Below, one piece after another: positions 25,794 through 34,970 of a stretch of DNA of 53,713 nucleotides. This DNA comes from Candidatus Saccharimonadia bacterium. Its GTDB lineage: Bacteria > Patescibacteriota > Saccharimonadia > UBA4664. Below the pieces are notes generated by a model, which was not told the origin of the DNA, did not search any database, and saw nothing but the letters and a program-made list of their open reading frames with translations. Within the stretch, counting starts at the first letter, position 1. Each line of letters starts with the position of its first letter. A program made the position numbers and the translations under genes. The DNA lies in contig JBBRTI010000004.1 of NCBI GenBank assembly GCA_038244585.1, positions 1-53,713 of the forward strand, in the 5' to 3' direction.

Positions 25794-26933
25794 TTAATTC
25801 TTCCTTAGTAATAGTAGTTGCCGTCCGACGATTTGATCGTCTCGGGCGTATAAAAGCGGCTCGTTAGCATGCTTAAAAACCTTCATAGTGTAGCCTAAGC
25901 CAGGTAACGCGTCAAGGACGTCCAGGTAACGCCACTTCCTGGCCTGGCGCCAAGCCGGCAGACATAATGCCACTTCGGAGCCGGAGTTTAGTTGGGCAGC
26001 CCAACTTGCCAGGGACCCCAGGTAGAGCTCACGGAGTTCGGCCCGGGCAGCCTCAAGTTGGTCGGACGTAGGCTCGTGAATCAAGTTCGGACCCAGATAG
26101 CCCTCGCTGACCACTGAGCACCCGCCATCCGGCAGCTTCAGCTCACGCGCGTCCGTCGGGTCTAAAACCTCCCAATTGCCTGTAATGTCGGGGCGCAGAT
26201 CTTGAAGCCAGGCAAGGTTCTCCCGAGTCGCCGCAACCATTTCCGGCGCCAGATCCGATCCGAGAGATTTGCGTCCCATCAGCAATGCTTCCTGGGGTAT
26301 CACACCGGTGCCGCAGAACGGATCGACAACCACGCCGGCTGTCGTCGTGTTGATTAGGATCTGCGCCAGCTTAGGCGGCAGCATGCCGACTTTGGCACTT
26401 CGGACCGGGCGTTCGTAGTCCCGCTTGGAATACCAGTCGATATCCTGGATCTGCTCGGTCAAGGCTACGATCATAGTCTGCTTATCAATCACGATCATAA
26501 GTTCAAACCCGTCTTCGATAACCCGGTTGTGCTTGAGCTGAGCCACGGTGGTATCGGTCCCCTTGGTTGGCGTAATGAGCCGAATGGACCTGCCCTCATG
26601 GCGCAGGCGATTCTTAAGCTCGAGGCCGGAGCTAAGCACAAAACGAGTGGTAGTCCGCAAGCCGTAATAGCTCACGGCGAAGGGCATCTTCTTGTCATAA
26701 GTGGGCAAAAGGTTGATATCGAGGACCTCCATGAGCTCCGCGGCCAGGCCCTGATAGATGATCCTGCCCATTTTTTGCGCTCCGCCCAGCAGATCAAGAT
26801 CGTATCTAGACCCCAGAACTGCCGACTGCCGACCGAACGGCTCGACGCCGTCCGAACCGACGAGAGACTCAAGCTCGACCAGACCGAGCTCCGGCTGGCG
26901 CCCCAGTAGGGCGATGTGCGTGAAATTAGTCAT
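25794..26933 (-). CDS. SAM-dependent methyltransferase (Trm11/RlmL-like, probably RNA)
   Basis: GMLPPKLAQILIN, VDPFCGTG, SEGYLGP; start at MTNFTH. Confidence 0.85.
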   Translation of the reverse strand: MTNFTHIALLGRQPELGLVELESLVGSDGVEPFGRQSAVLGSRYDLDLLGGAQKMGRIIYQGLAAELMEVLDINLLPTYDKKMPFAVSYYGLRTTTRFVLSSGLELKNRLRHEGRSIRLITPTKGTDTTVAQLKHNRVIEDGFELMIVIDKQTMIVALTEQIQDIDWYSKRDYERPVRSAKVGMLPPKLAQILINTTTAGVVVDPFCGTGVIPQEALLMGRKSLGSDLAPEMVAATRENLAWLQDLRPDITGNWEVLDPTDARELKLPDGGCSVVSEGYLGPNLIHEPTSDQLEAARAELRELYLGSLASWAAQLNSGSEVALCLPAWRQARKWRYLDVLDALPGLGYTMKVFKHANEPLLYARDDQIVGRQLLLLRKN

Positions 26934-27013
26934 GACCCCTACTTTACCAAAAATGTAGACAAACATCAACAATATGGTATCGTATGCCGTATTGGTATCT
27001 TCCACGAAAATCG

Positions 27014-27043
27014 TTGACATTAAGCATTAGCTTTTCGTAAGAT
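27014..27043 (+). promoter_or_regulatory. Sigma70 promoter of nuclease-like cassette
   Basis: TTGACA-18-TAAGAT. Confidence 0.65.
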
Positions 27044-27049
27044 ATGACT

Positions 27050-27127
27050 ATGAGGTATGTGATGAACATCAGCGAAGTCCTTGTAGGACCACTCGCCACC
27101 ATCATGTCCTTCCGCGCCGTCGCCTGA
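27050..27127 (+). CDS. Putative 25-aa leader peptide MRYVMNISEVLVGPLATIMSFRAVA
   Basis: ATG 6 nt after the -10 box; stop codon lies inside the 5' arm of a terminator. Confidence 0.4.
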   Translation: MRYVMNISEVLVGPLATIMSFRAVA

Positions 27128-27151
27128 GTCATCCCTGACCAGGCGGTTTTT
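27121..27151 (+). terminator. Intrinsic terminator / attenuator upstream of nuclease-like gene 1
   Basis: cgcctg-a-gtca-tccc-tgac-caggcg-g-ttttt. Confidence 0.6.
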
Positions 27152-27179
27152 GATATCTCGTCCTAGATCGGAGGAGCGA

Positions 27180-27674
27180 GTGACTACTTTAGTTAGCGCA
27201 CCCCAAGCGCGAACGCACCACAGTCCGATGCAGTTTCGGGGCGGAAAAGCTTCACACAAGCGCCCATCGCGGTCGCCTGTGGTCCGTGATCGAGCGGCCT
27301 ACACCCCTTATGCCAAGAATCCCGGCGAGAGGTTGGTAGCAGACCTACTCAGGATTGAAGGCCTCAAGTACGACTATGAGCCGCAGGAGTTCAGCCTAGA
27401 GCTGACCGGCAAGGGCAAGTCCGCCATCAAACCAGACTTTTACGTCCGCAAGTTCCATGTTTTCTTGGAGGTCACTCAAGGAAATGATCTGAACATGGGT
27501 TTTAAGCGTTCCAAGATCAGGAACGCCCACGCACTTTACCCCGAAGCCACCATCATCCTCGTGGGGCCCGACGAGCTCGCCGAGCTGGACTCCGGGCAGG
27601 TAATGATCATCGACCTGATCGAACAGGGTATTGAGGACCGGGAGGCGCCACACGGATGCACAAACGTCGCATGA
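27180..27674 (+). CDS. PD-(D/E)xK-like nuclease-fold protein 1
   Basis: GE..VA.LL...GLKYDYEP..F...KPDFY....VFLEVT; GTG start with ggagga SD. Confidence 0.75.
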   Translation: MTTLVSAPQARTHHSPMQFRGGKASHKRPSRSPVVRDRAAYTPYAKNPGERLVADLLRIEGLKYDYEPQEFSLELTGKGKSAIKPDFYVRKFHVFLEVTQGNDLNMGFKRSKIRNAHALYPEATIILVGPDELAELDSGQVMIIDLIEQGIEDREAPHGCTNVA

Positions 27675-27814
27675 TCAACATCCGACGCGATTCAGAAAGG
27701 AGGGTCACCTTGAACACCAATCGGACCGCAATCATCGGCTCGACTTAGGGGGTGATCCGTTTCTGGCAGGTATGCCGTGCAGAGCCTACCATTTCCAATG
27801 CCGCACATATTCCA

Positions 27815-27865
27815 CCCTCCGAGACCCGGCATCGTATGAGAATGCCGGGTCCGGAGGGGCTTTTT
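27815..27865 (+). terminator. Intrinsic terminator between the two nuclease-like genes
   Basis: ccctccg-a-gacccggcat ... atgccgggtc-cggaggg-gc-ttttt. Confidence 0.75.
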
Positions 27866-27900
27866 ATACCATCTCTCTGGATACTGAATGGAGCGGGGTA

Positions 27901-28377
27901 ATGACAGCTTCGTACCTGATACCCAGTCCTGGGCCATGTCTTAGACGGCGTACATCGCCTCATAAGTTCGTCGGTCCAGGTGAAGCGGAGTTTGCCTCAT
28001 GGTGCCAGCTCCTTGGCATCGACATCTCGTATGAACCATTTCTATACGAGCTCGTCACAATTCTGGATTACGACGATAATGGAGTCGGGCGCGTCCGTGT
28101 CCGCAAGGGCTTTGCACCGGATTTTCTCATCCATGCCACGGATTACTGGCCCGCAATGCATGTGGAAATTACCGGCGCCCGCAGGCGCGGCAAAAAAATC
28201 TACCGCATGCGACGGACCCGAGAGCAATACCGCATGCATACTGTCCTACTGGTCATCGGAACCTCATCTTGGCGCCGCATCGAACGCGAACCCCAGGAGC
28301 TCAGGCGACTGCTCCTCAGGGCTGGCCGCAGAGCAATTGCCATTTCACCGAACTCTTCAGCTGCTGAATCTGCGTGA
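27901..28377 (+). CDS. PD-(D/E)xK-like nuclease-fold protein 2 (paralogue of protein 1)
   Basis: GE.EFA.....LGIDISYEP.LY...FAPDFL....MHVEIT; start placed after the terminator. Confidence 0.7.
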   Translation: MTASYLIPSPGPCLRRRTSPHKFVGPGEAEFASWCQLLGIDISYEPFLYELVTILDYDDNGVGRVRVRKGFAPDFLIHATDYWPAMHVEITGARRRGKKIYRMRRTREQYRMHTVLLVIGTSSWRRIEREPQELRRLLLRAGRRAIAISPNSSAAESA

Positions 28378-28378
28378 C

Positions 28379-28409
28379 GCCGTTCCTTATGGGAACGGCT
28401 TTTTATTTT
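28379..28409 (+). terminator. Intrinsic terminator
   Basis: gccgttcc-ttatg-ggaacggc-tttttatttt. Confidence 0.8.
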
Positions 28410-28423
28410 GGTATCATTGATAC

Positions 28424-29659
28424 ATGCAACCAGAAGTCATCACCGTTTCCCAATTTGTCGGTATCATCAACGACACCTTGGCGATAGCCTATCCGCTGGT
28501 AATCGTCGAGGGTGAGGTTTCGAGCTTCAAGGTCAACCAAGGCAAGTTCGTCTTTTTCGACCTAAAAGACGATACCAGCACGCTCAGCTGTTTCATGATG
28601 CTCCACCAGTTGCGTCTACCCATCGAGGACGGAATGAAAGTTCGGGTCACGGGCAGTCCTAAAATCACCAAGTTTTCGAAGTTCAGCCTGACGGTGCGGG
28701 CCATTGAACCGGCGGGTGAAGGGGAATTACGGCGAGCTATGGAGCTATTGAAGCGCAAACTGACGGCCGAAGGGCTCTTTGATGTTTCACGCAAGCGTCC
28801 ACTGCCACAATATCCTCATACCATTGGCCTTATCACTTCTGCCACCTCGGCAGCATATAGCGATTTCATTAAGATCCTTGGTGCCCGATGGGGCGGCGTC
28901 GACGTTCGCCTGGCCGACGTGACAGTCCAGGGAAACACCGCTCCGGACCAGATTGTCGGGGCCATTGAGTATTTCAACCAGGCATCGCCGCCGGTCGACG
29001 TGGTGGTACTTATTCGCGGCGGCGGTTCGTTGGACGACCTCAGCGCTTTCAGCACCGAGCCTGTCGCCAGGGCGGTCGCAGGTAGCAGGACTCCGGTTAT
29101 CGTGGGCGTGGGTCATGAGATTGACGTCAGCCTGGCCGACTATGCCGCCGACGTACGGGCCGCCACTCCGACCGACGCCGCCAGGCTGGTGGTACCCGAC
29201 CGGCTGGAAAGGGAGGCGCACATCACTTTTACCGCCGGGCGCATGATTCAAGCGATCGGCGGCTTGGCTGAGGCCCGCCACACGCAGATAGACCGCCATC
29301 TGGACGCTATGCAGCGCTACCTGCGTCGGCCGGCCGAAACCGTCAGAGAGGCAACAGTCGTCCTCTCAAGACACCTTGAACGTATGGAGGGCAGTCTAAG
29401 GCGTACGGGGGAGCTCACAGCCTACCTCAGGGGATCTTTGGAACCGGCCTACCGCAACGCCATCGTACGTCGCCGAGAACGCGCTATAAGTCTGGAGCGG
29501 CTCCTGCGGTCAGCCAGCCCGGAAACGGTATTGGCGCGGGGTTACTCTATCGTGAGAACAAAAACAGCCATCCTAAAGGATGCGGCTAAGGTCCAGTCCG
29601 GTGAGGAGCTCATGGTACAATTAGCGAAAGGAACATTGAGTGTGAAGGTTAAGAAATAA
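28424..29659 (+). CDS. xseA: Exodeoxyribonuclease VII large subunit
   Basis: VEGEVS, FFDLKD, GEGEL, VQG, RGGGS, GVGHEID, TPTDAA, LARGYS. Confidence 0.96.
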   Translation: MQPEVITVSQFVGIINDTLAIAYPLVIVEGEVSSFKVNQGKFVFFDLKDDTSTLSCFMMLHQLRLPIEDGMKVRVTGSPKITKFSKFSLTVRAIEPAGEGELRRAMELLKRKLTAEGLFDVSRKRPLPQYPHTIGLITSATSAAYSDFIKILGARWGGVDVRLADVTVQGNTAPDQIVGAIEYFNQASPPVDVVVLIRGGGSLDDLSAFSTEPVARAVAGSRTPVIVGVGHEIDVSLADYAADVRAATPTDAARLVVPDRLEREAHITFTAGRMIQAIGGLAEARHTQIDRHLDAMQRYLRRPAETVREATVVLSRHLERMEGSLRRTGELTAYLRGSLEPAYRNAIVRRRERAISLERLLRSASPETVLARGYSIVRTKTAILKDAAKVQSGEELMVQLAKGTLSVKVKK

Positions 29660-29916
29660 TGCCGCTGAAACCGTTCCATTTCGAGGCTGCCATCAAAGAG
29701 CTGGAAGAGATAACCCAGTGGTTTGAGTCGACTGAAGCCGACCTGGATGAAGGTCTGGTTAAATTCGAGCGTGGCATGGAACTGGCAACCCAGCTGAAAG
29801 AACATTTGGCAACGGTTGAAAACCGCGTCGAGAAAATCAAGGCCCGCTTCGACGGCACTCGCCAGCCGGCCCAGCCTACTGAACCGTTCGGCGACGAAAC
29901 CGACCTGCTCGACTGA
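29659..29916 (+). CDS. xseB: Exodeoxyribonuclease VII small subunit
   Basis: FEAAIKELEEI...LDEGLVKFERGMEL; follows xseA. Confidence 0.93.
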   Translation: MPLKPFHFEAAIKELEEITQWFESTEADLDEGLVKFERGMELATQLKEHLATVENRVEKIKARFDGTRQPAQPTEPFGDETDLLD

Positions 29917-30431
29917 TGCTATGGTACTTGCTCGCCCTTGTCCTGCTGGGCGGGTTCGGTATCGCTGTCTTCGTCGGCGCGCCTTACGTTCCTATCCTCA
30001 AGCGCGACTATGGCCCACTCCTAGATCTTGCCGATATAAAACCAGGCCAGACCCTTATTGACCTTGGTTCCGGCGACGGACGGCTGCTGCGGGAAGTTGC
30101 CAAACGCGGCATCCGGGCAGTCGGGTATGAGATTAACCCTGCTCTATATGTCATCTCACGGGTGGTCTGCTGGCGCTACCGGAACCTTGTGACGATACGT
30201 CTGCGTGACTACTGGCACGTCACCTTGCCGCCCGCCGATATTATTTACGTCTTTCTATTGGAAACATATATGAGCCGGCTGGACCGCAAGCTGACAGCCG
30301 AACTGATCCGTCCCACGACGGTTGTTTCGTTTGTCTTCCAGATACCGGGCCGAGCAGCGACCCGGGCTTCCCGCAACACTTTTGTTTATGAGTATCCCGA
30401 ACCTCCGGCGACCTTGCGCAATCCGGTCTAG
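29916..30431 (+). CDS. Membrane-anchored class I SAM methyltransferase
   Basis: N-terminal TM, GAPYVP, IDLGSGDGR, GYEINP. Confidence 0.88.
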   Translation: MLWYLLALVLLGGFGIAVFVGAPYVPILKRDYGPLLDLADIKPGQTLIDLGSGDGRLLREVAKRGIRAVGYEINPALYVISRVVCWRYRNLVTIRLRDYWHVTLPPADIIYVFLLETYMSRLDRKLTAELIRPTTVVSFVFQIPGRAATRASRNTFVYEYPEPPATLRNPV

Positions 30432-30452
30432 GGGATTACCATAAGCACTAAT

Positions 30453-31115
30453 ATGATGTCCTCTACTCCTAATTTAAACGCTCCCCAAACTGGCCGTAAC
30501 TCGCTAACAACCGTTCTCATCGCCGTTCTGGCGGTTGGGGCCTTGGGATTCGGTATATTGGCCATCGTTGCCTTCTCTACAGCGGGTACGGCTACGAAAA
30601 CTCTGGAATCTCAAAAGCAGGCTGCTGCCGATTCTGCCCGGACAGACCAGAAGAAAGCCGATCAGACGGCGGCCGAACTGGCGTCAGAGTCGCCGTTCCG
30701 GTCATATGTCGCACCCGTCGAGTACGGTTCTTTCGAAATCAAATTTCCTAAGAATTGGAGTGGCGATGTTAAAGAAAACCGGTCTAACTCCATCCAAGTC
30801 AGCCTGGTTGTGAATCCGGACTTTGTCCGCACTCAGAACGGCACTGACGACCTGGTCGCCGCAAAAATCACTTTGTACCAGCGAACACTCGCTGAGCTAA
30901 CCAAGGAATATACCACTAACCGCGAACTTAAAAAATCTGATATTACTGTCGCTGGCATACCCTCTGTTCAGTACACTGGAAAATTCGCGGATAGGCGTAC
31001 CAAGCGTTTGGTCGCGGTCCCCGTGAGAGATAAGACTCTGGTTTTCACTAACGAAAACGCTACATATAACAGCGAATTCGATCTCATCATGGCCCAGTCC
31101 AGAATTAACCCGTAA
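30453..31115 (+). CDS. Membrane-anchored extracytoplasmic hypothetical protein (possibly PsbP/Mog1-like fold)
   Basis: One TM, short coiled coil, FEIKFPKNW motif. Confidence 0.7.
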   Translation: MMSSTPNLNAPQTGRNSLTTVLIAVLAVGALGFGILAIVAFSTAGTATKTLESQKQAAADSARTDQKKADQTAAELASESPFRSYVAPVEYGSFEIKFPKNWSGDVKENRSNSIQVSLVVNPDFVRTQNGTDDLVAAKITLYQRTLAELTKEYTTNRELKKSDITVAGIPSVQYTGKFADRRTKRLVAVPVRDKTLVFTNENATYNSEFDLIMAQSRINP

Positions 31116-31197
31116 TAGCGCCATATTTATCGCGCTTACGCTTGAGGATTCACCGACAGCGGTGCTAATCTGAAGAGTATTAAGTCGGTGGAGGTGA

Positions 31198-34100
31198 ATG
31201 GCTGAGCATAACCCAGTTGCAAACAAGCGCGAAGCCTTAGTGGTTTCTCGGCTTGATGCAACGCTCCAAGCCGTCGAGTCTGCCTCAACACCGCGGCGGG
31301 CCATCCGTGCTGTCATGCCGGTCATAAAAAAGGCTCTGCCAGGTGGTACGGTGGCAGCCTTCCTCTACGGCCCGACCGGAACCGTGGATATGGTAGACGA
31401 ACACCTGCTCCCCGCCGATGCCCGCGGCCTGCTGATATACCCCCCGCCGGAATTATCAGAGGAGTACCTCACTGCCCCCGATGTTGCGGCCTGGCAGGGC
31501 AGCACCGGTTTTAAAGCGGCTATGAAAGAAATGGGCGGAGGCAGCAGCACTGTGTTCCTGCTCCTGACGCAAAACGAGACGCTCGGCGGTATCATCCTGC
31601 TCGGACATGATAAAGCCACGCCCGAATCCAAGGCGACTATTCAGATCCTTCGCCGTGCGTTAGCGAGCGCTCTGGCAGGCCTTAAGCTCCGCCAGGCTGT
31701 CAAGAACGGCCTAGCTGAAAGTCTGGCTCTGCAGCGCATAACTCAAGCCGTAACGAAATCACTTGATTTCGACAAGATTGTCGATACACTGCTGGCTCAC
31801 ACTCGTCGTCTCTTCCACGTCGATGCTGTGTCCTTATTCCTGATTGCACCTGAAAGATCCGACCTCTACATCTATCGGGCTAATGGATTGTCAGAGCCCT
31901 ACATCAGCGCAATAAAGATAGATATAGACAGCCCCGCCCTAAAAAAGTTGATTCTAGACCGCGGACCGGCTCAAATTTACGACGTGAGCAAAGGCGCCAT
32001 AACCACTCAGACAGGCCTGCTGGAGAGGGAGGGAATCCGTTCTATACTAATTGCGCCCATCTTCGCAGCGGACGAGCCGGTTGGCGCCCTAGTGTTGTAC
32101 TCCAAGAGCCTGCGGCATTTCATTTTTTCCGAGCTGCGGTTCAGTCAGAGCTTGGCCGAGCAGGCCAGCATAGCTTTTGCCAACGCTAACATGCACTCGA
32201 ACCTCATCAAGATATCCAACGAGATCGAGCAGACCCGCAACCTGATGCAGGACGGACTGGTGGTACTCGATATGGATGGGGGACTGCGCTATTTCAACAC
32301 GGCCGCCGGTTCGCTGCTGCAGTTGAGCCGACACGATCTCAAGCGCACCTTTAGTATCGATTTGTTCGGACGCGCAGTCCATACGACGCTCGAAGCCAAC
32401 CTTTTCTCGGATGCAATAGCCGGCGCTCGAACGGGTAATATCGAACGCACCAATTTTTCCGTGGCTAGCGACGATACCAACGGCTATTATGAGGCCGTCT
32501 ACTCTCCCTACCGAGATACCGCCGGAAAGATGGTGGGGACTCTGATTAGTATCCGAGACATAACCCAGCTCTACCTAGAAAAAGAGAAACTGGCAACCAT
32601 CCAGGCAAACATGCTCGACGGCCTGATTTTGATTGATTCATCCGGTGTCGTCAGCGAGTACAACCAAGAATGGCAGGGCCTGTTCGGCCAACACGGTAAT
32701 CTCACAGGCAAGAAAGTTTTAGCCGAACTGAATGATCGCGACGACGTCGTGTTCGATCAAAACATTCCTGAGCTGATCGCCGAAGTGCTGCGCGGCAAAC
32801 GCCTGACGTGTTACGGACATTTCGTCGGCCAAGGCAGGCACGTCCAAATCTCCTTCGGCCCGGTACGCAGCCTGGATAAGGTAACCGGCGCCGTCGTCAC
32901 GGCGCGTGATATCACCCCTCTCATAGAGAAAACAGTGGAAGCCAACGAGATGACCGCTAAGGCCCAACGCCACCTGCGGGAGCTCTCGCAGTTGGCCGAG
33001 CTCTCCAGCATCATCGGGTTCAATGTCAGCACAATCTACCAGAAGTACGTTGCAAAGATCAGTACGCTGCTCGTATCACCTGAAGCTTCAATCTATCTCT
33101 ACGAACCCGGGCAGCAGGTTTTAGTACAGCAAACGCCCGAGACTGGTTCCACCGATAAAAAAATCATACAGTTGAGTGCGGACAATCTGGTAGCCCGGGC
33201 ATTTTCCGCCCGCCACAGTATGTCGTCTACAGACGACCATAATGACATGCACCGGCTGGCTATGCCAATCATCCATCATTCCAAGACCCTCGGTGTCATC
33301 GCTGTAGGACGACCGGCTTCCAGCTATGATGAACATGATTCTAAGCTGTTACGGCTCGTCGCTACCCGACTGGCCGTCCTAATAGAGAACTCGAACCTCT
33401 ACCACGACGTCAACGCACGGCGCGAACGCTGGGAAGCCGTTTTCCGTTTTACGGATGAGGGCATAGTCATCTTTGACCGCAACGGCATCATCGTCGGATT
33501 CAACCCGGCGTCCACCAACATCACCCAATGGACTACTGCCGAAGCTATTGGCAAGCCGTTCGACAGTATCATCAAGACAGCGGCCGAGAACCAAACGGCC
33601 GGGGTCTCGCCCTTGGCACGAGTACTCATCGAAGGTGTCACCATCGCAAAAAGCGAACAATTGATAGAGAGCCGTACCGGCAGCCGGGTCTGGACCGAAA
33701 CCAGCTACTCGCCAATCTTCGACGACTCGGGCCGAGTCACCTCAGGCATCGCCATTATCCGCAACACCCTTAAAGACCGTGAGGTCGATGAGATTAAGAG
33801 CGATTTCATTTCCATTGTCTCGCACGAACTCAGGACGCCTCTCACGGCCATCAAGGGTTTCTTGTCGATGGTCATCAAGACCGACTTCGGACCGTTAAAC
33901 GACAAGCAGTCTCATTACCTCACACGCGTCTACCAGTCCAACCAGCGCATGATCAATCTGGTAGAAGACCTGCTAGACGTCTCATACATCGAATCGGGCA
34001 AAATCAACCTCACCATCAACCCCGTCGGACTCGAAAATATCATCACAGAAGTTGTAGCGGAACTGGCAGGCAAGAGCGTGGCCAACGACATAACGGTCAA

Positions 34101-34494
34101 GGTCAAACGCCATGCCAAGCTACCGTTGGTACTGGCCGACGAGACCCGCCTGCATCAGGTCATGCTCAACCTTGTTGACAACGCCATAAAGTATTCCATG
34201 CCAGGGAGTCTCGTCCAGATTGACTGCACGGTTCAGGGGGATGAGCTCATCACCACCATTACCGACCAGGGCGTCGGCATTGGCAAGGGTCAGGTCGACC
34301 GTCTCTTCACCAAGTTCGGCCGTATTTATAATCCGATGAGCGTCCAGGCGGGAGGATCGGGGCTGGGGCTCTATATAGTCAAGAACCTAGTGGAATCCCA
34401 TGGGGGACGTATCTGGGTAACTAGTCAGGAGGGAAAGGGGAGTAAATTCCGGTTCTCGGTTCCCATAGCGAAACAGCTTCCCCTCTTGGGATAG
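31198..34494 (+). CDS. Cytoplasmic multi GAF/PAS sensor histidine kinase
   Basis: GAF and PAS repeats; SHELRTPLT H-box, NLVDNAIKYS, DQGVGI, GSGLGL; no TM. Confidence 0.95.
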   Translation: MAEHNPVANKREALVVSRLDATLQAVESASTPRRAIRAVMPVIKKALPGGTVAAFLYGPTGTVDMVDEHLLPADARGLLIYPPPELSEEYLTAPDVAAWQGSTGFKAAMKEMGGGSSTVFLLLTQNETLGGIILLGHDKATPESKATIQILRRALASALAGLKLRQAVKNGLAESLALQRITQAVTKSLDFDKIVDTLLAHTRRLFHVDAVSLFLIAPERSDLYIYRANGLSEPYISAIKIDIDSPALKKLILDRGPAQIYDVSKGAITTQTGLLEREGIRSILIAPIFAADEPVGALVLYSKSLRHFIFSELRFSQSLAEQASIAFANANMHSNLIKISNEIEQTRNLMQDGLVVLDMDGGLRYFNTAAGSLLQLSRHDLKRTFSIDLFGRAVHTTLEANLFSDAIAGARTGNIERTNFSVASDDTNGYYEAVYSPYRDTAGKMVGTLISIRDITQLYLEKEKLATIQANMLDGLILIDSSGVVSEYNQEWQGLFGQHGNLTGKKVLAELNDRDDVVFDQNIPELIAEVLRGKRLTCYGHFVGQGRHVQISFGPVRSLDKVTGAVVTARDITPLIEKTVEANEMTAKAQRHLRELSQLAELSSIIGFNVSTIYQKYVAKISTLLVSPEASIYLYEPGQQVLVQQTPETGSTDKKIIQLSADNLVARAFSARHSMSSTDDHNDMHRLAMPIIHHSKTLGVIAVGRPASSYDEHDSKLLRLVATRLAVLIENSNLYHDVNARRERWEAVFRFTDEGIVIFDRNGIIVGFNPASTNITQWTTAEAIGKPFDSIIKTAAENQTAGVSPLARVLIEGVTIAKSEQLIESRTGSRVWTETSYSPIFDDSGRVTSGIAIIRNTLKDREVDEIKSDFISIVSHELRTPLTAIKGFLSMVIKTDFGPLNDKQSHYLTRVYQSNQRMINLVEDLLDVSYIESGKINLTINPVGLENIITEVVAELAGKSVANDITVKVKRHAKLPLVLADETRLHQVMLNLVDNAIKYSMPGSLVQIDCTVQGDELITTITDQGVGIGKGQVDRLFTKFGRIYNPMSVQAGGSGLGLYIVKNLVESHGGRIWVTSQEGKGSKFRFSVPIAKQLPLLG

Positions 34495-34535
34495 GGAATC
34501 CTATCTGTTAAACTATCAAGTACAAGGAGATTCTC

Positions 34536-34940
34536 GTGGCCAAAATTTTACTCGTCGAAGATGATGCGATCCTGGTAGAAATGTACCAGGCGAAATTCGA
34601 GCTGGAAGGCCATGATGTACGTATCGCGACCAACGGCGAGGACTGCCTGGCAATCCTGAAGGATTTCCGGCCGGAGCTCATTTTGCTTGATATCCTCATG
34701 CCGAAGCTAAACGGCTTTCACGTCCTCAAGGAAATCAAGAAGCAGCCCGAATTGCGCCAGATTCCCGTCATCCTGCTTACCAATCTCGGTCAGGCCGAAG
34801 TCGACATGAACCAGGAGTTGGCCAAGGCCTTAGGCGTCAGCGACTACCTCATTAAGAGCCACCATACACCTGACGAGGTCGTCCAGAAGGCCGTCAAGGT
34901 ACTAAAGGATTCCGGCAGAAACACCTCGACCGAGGCGTAG
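34536..34940 (+). CDS. Stand-alone response regulator receiver
   Basis: LLVEDD, LLDILMPKLNG, LTN, LIK; GTG start with aaggag SD. Confidence 0.93.
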   Translation: MAKILLVEDDAILVEMYQAKFELEGHDVRIATNGEDCLAILKDFRPELILLDILMPKLNGFHVLKEIKKQPELRQIPVILLTNLGQAEVDMNQELAKALGVSDYLIKSHHTPDEVVQKAVKVLKDSGRNTSTEA

Positions 34941-34970
34941 TCCGCAACCCGGCAAGGAAAGCCCCAGAGC

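Noticed and set aside
27631-27900. N-terminal extension of the 248-aa ORF
   Set aside because: Crosses a strong terminator and overlaps gene 1; ATG 27901 fits the paralogue length
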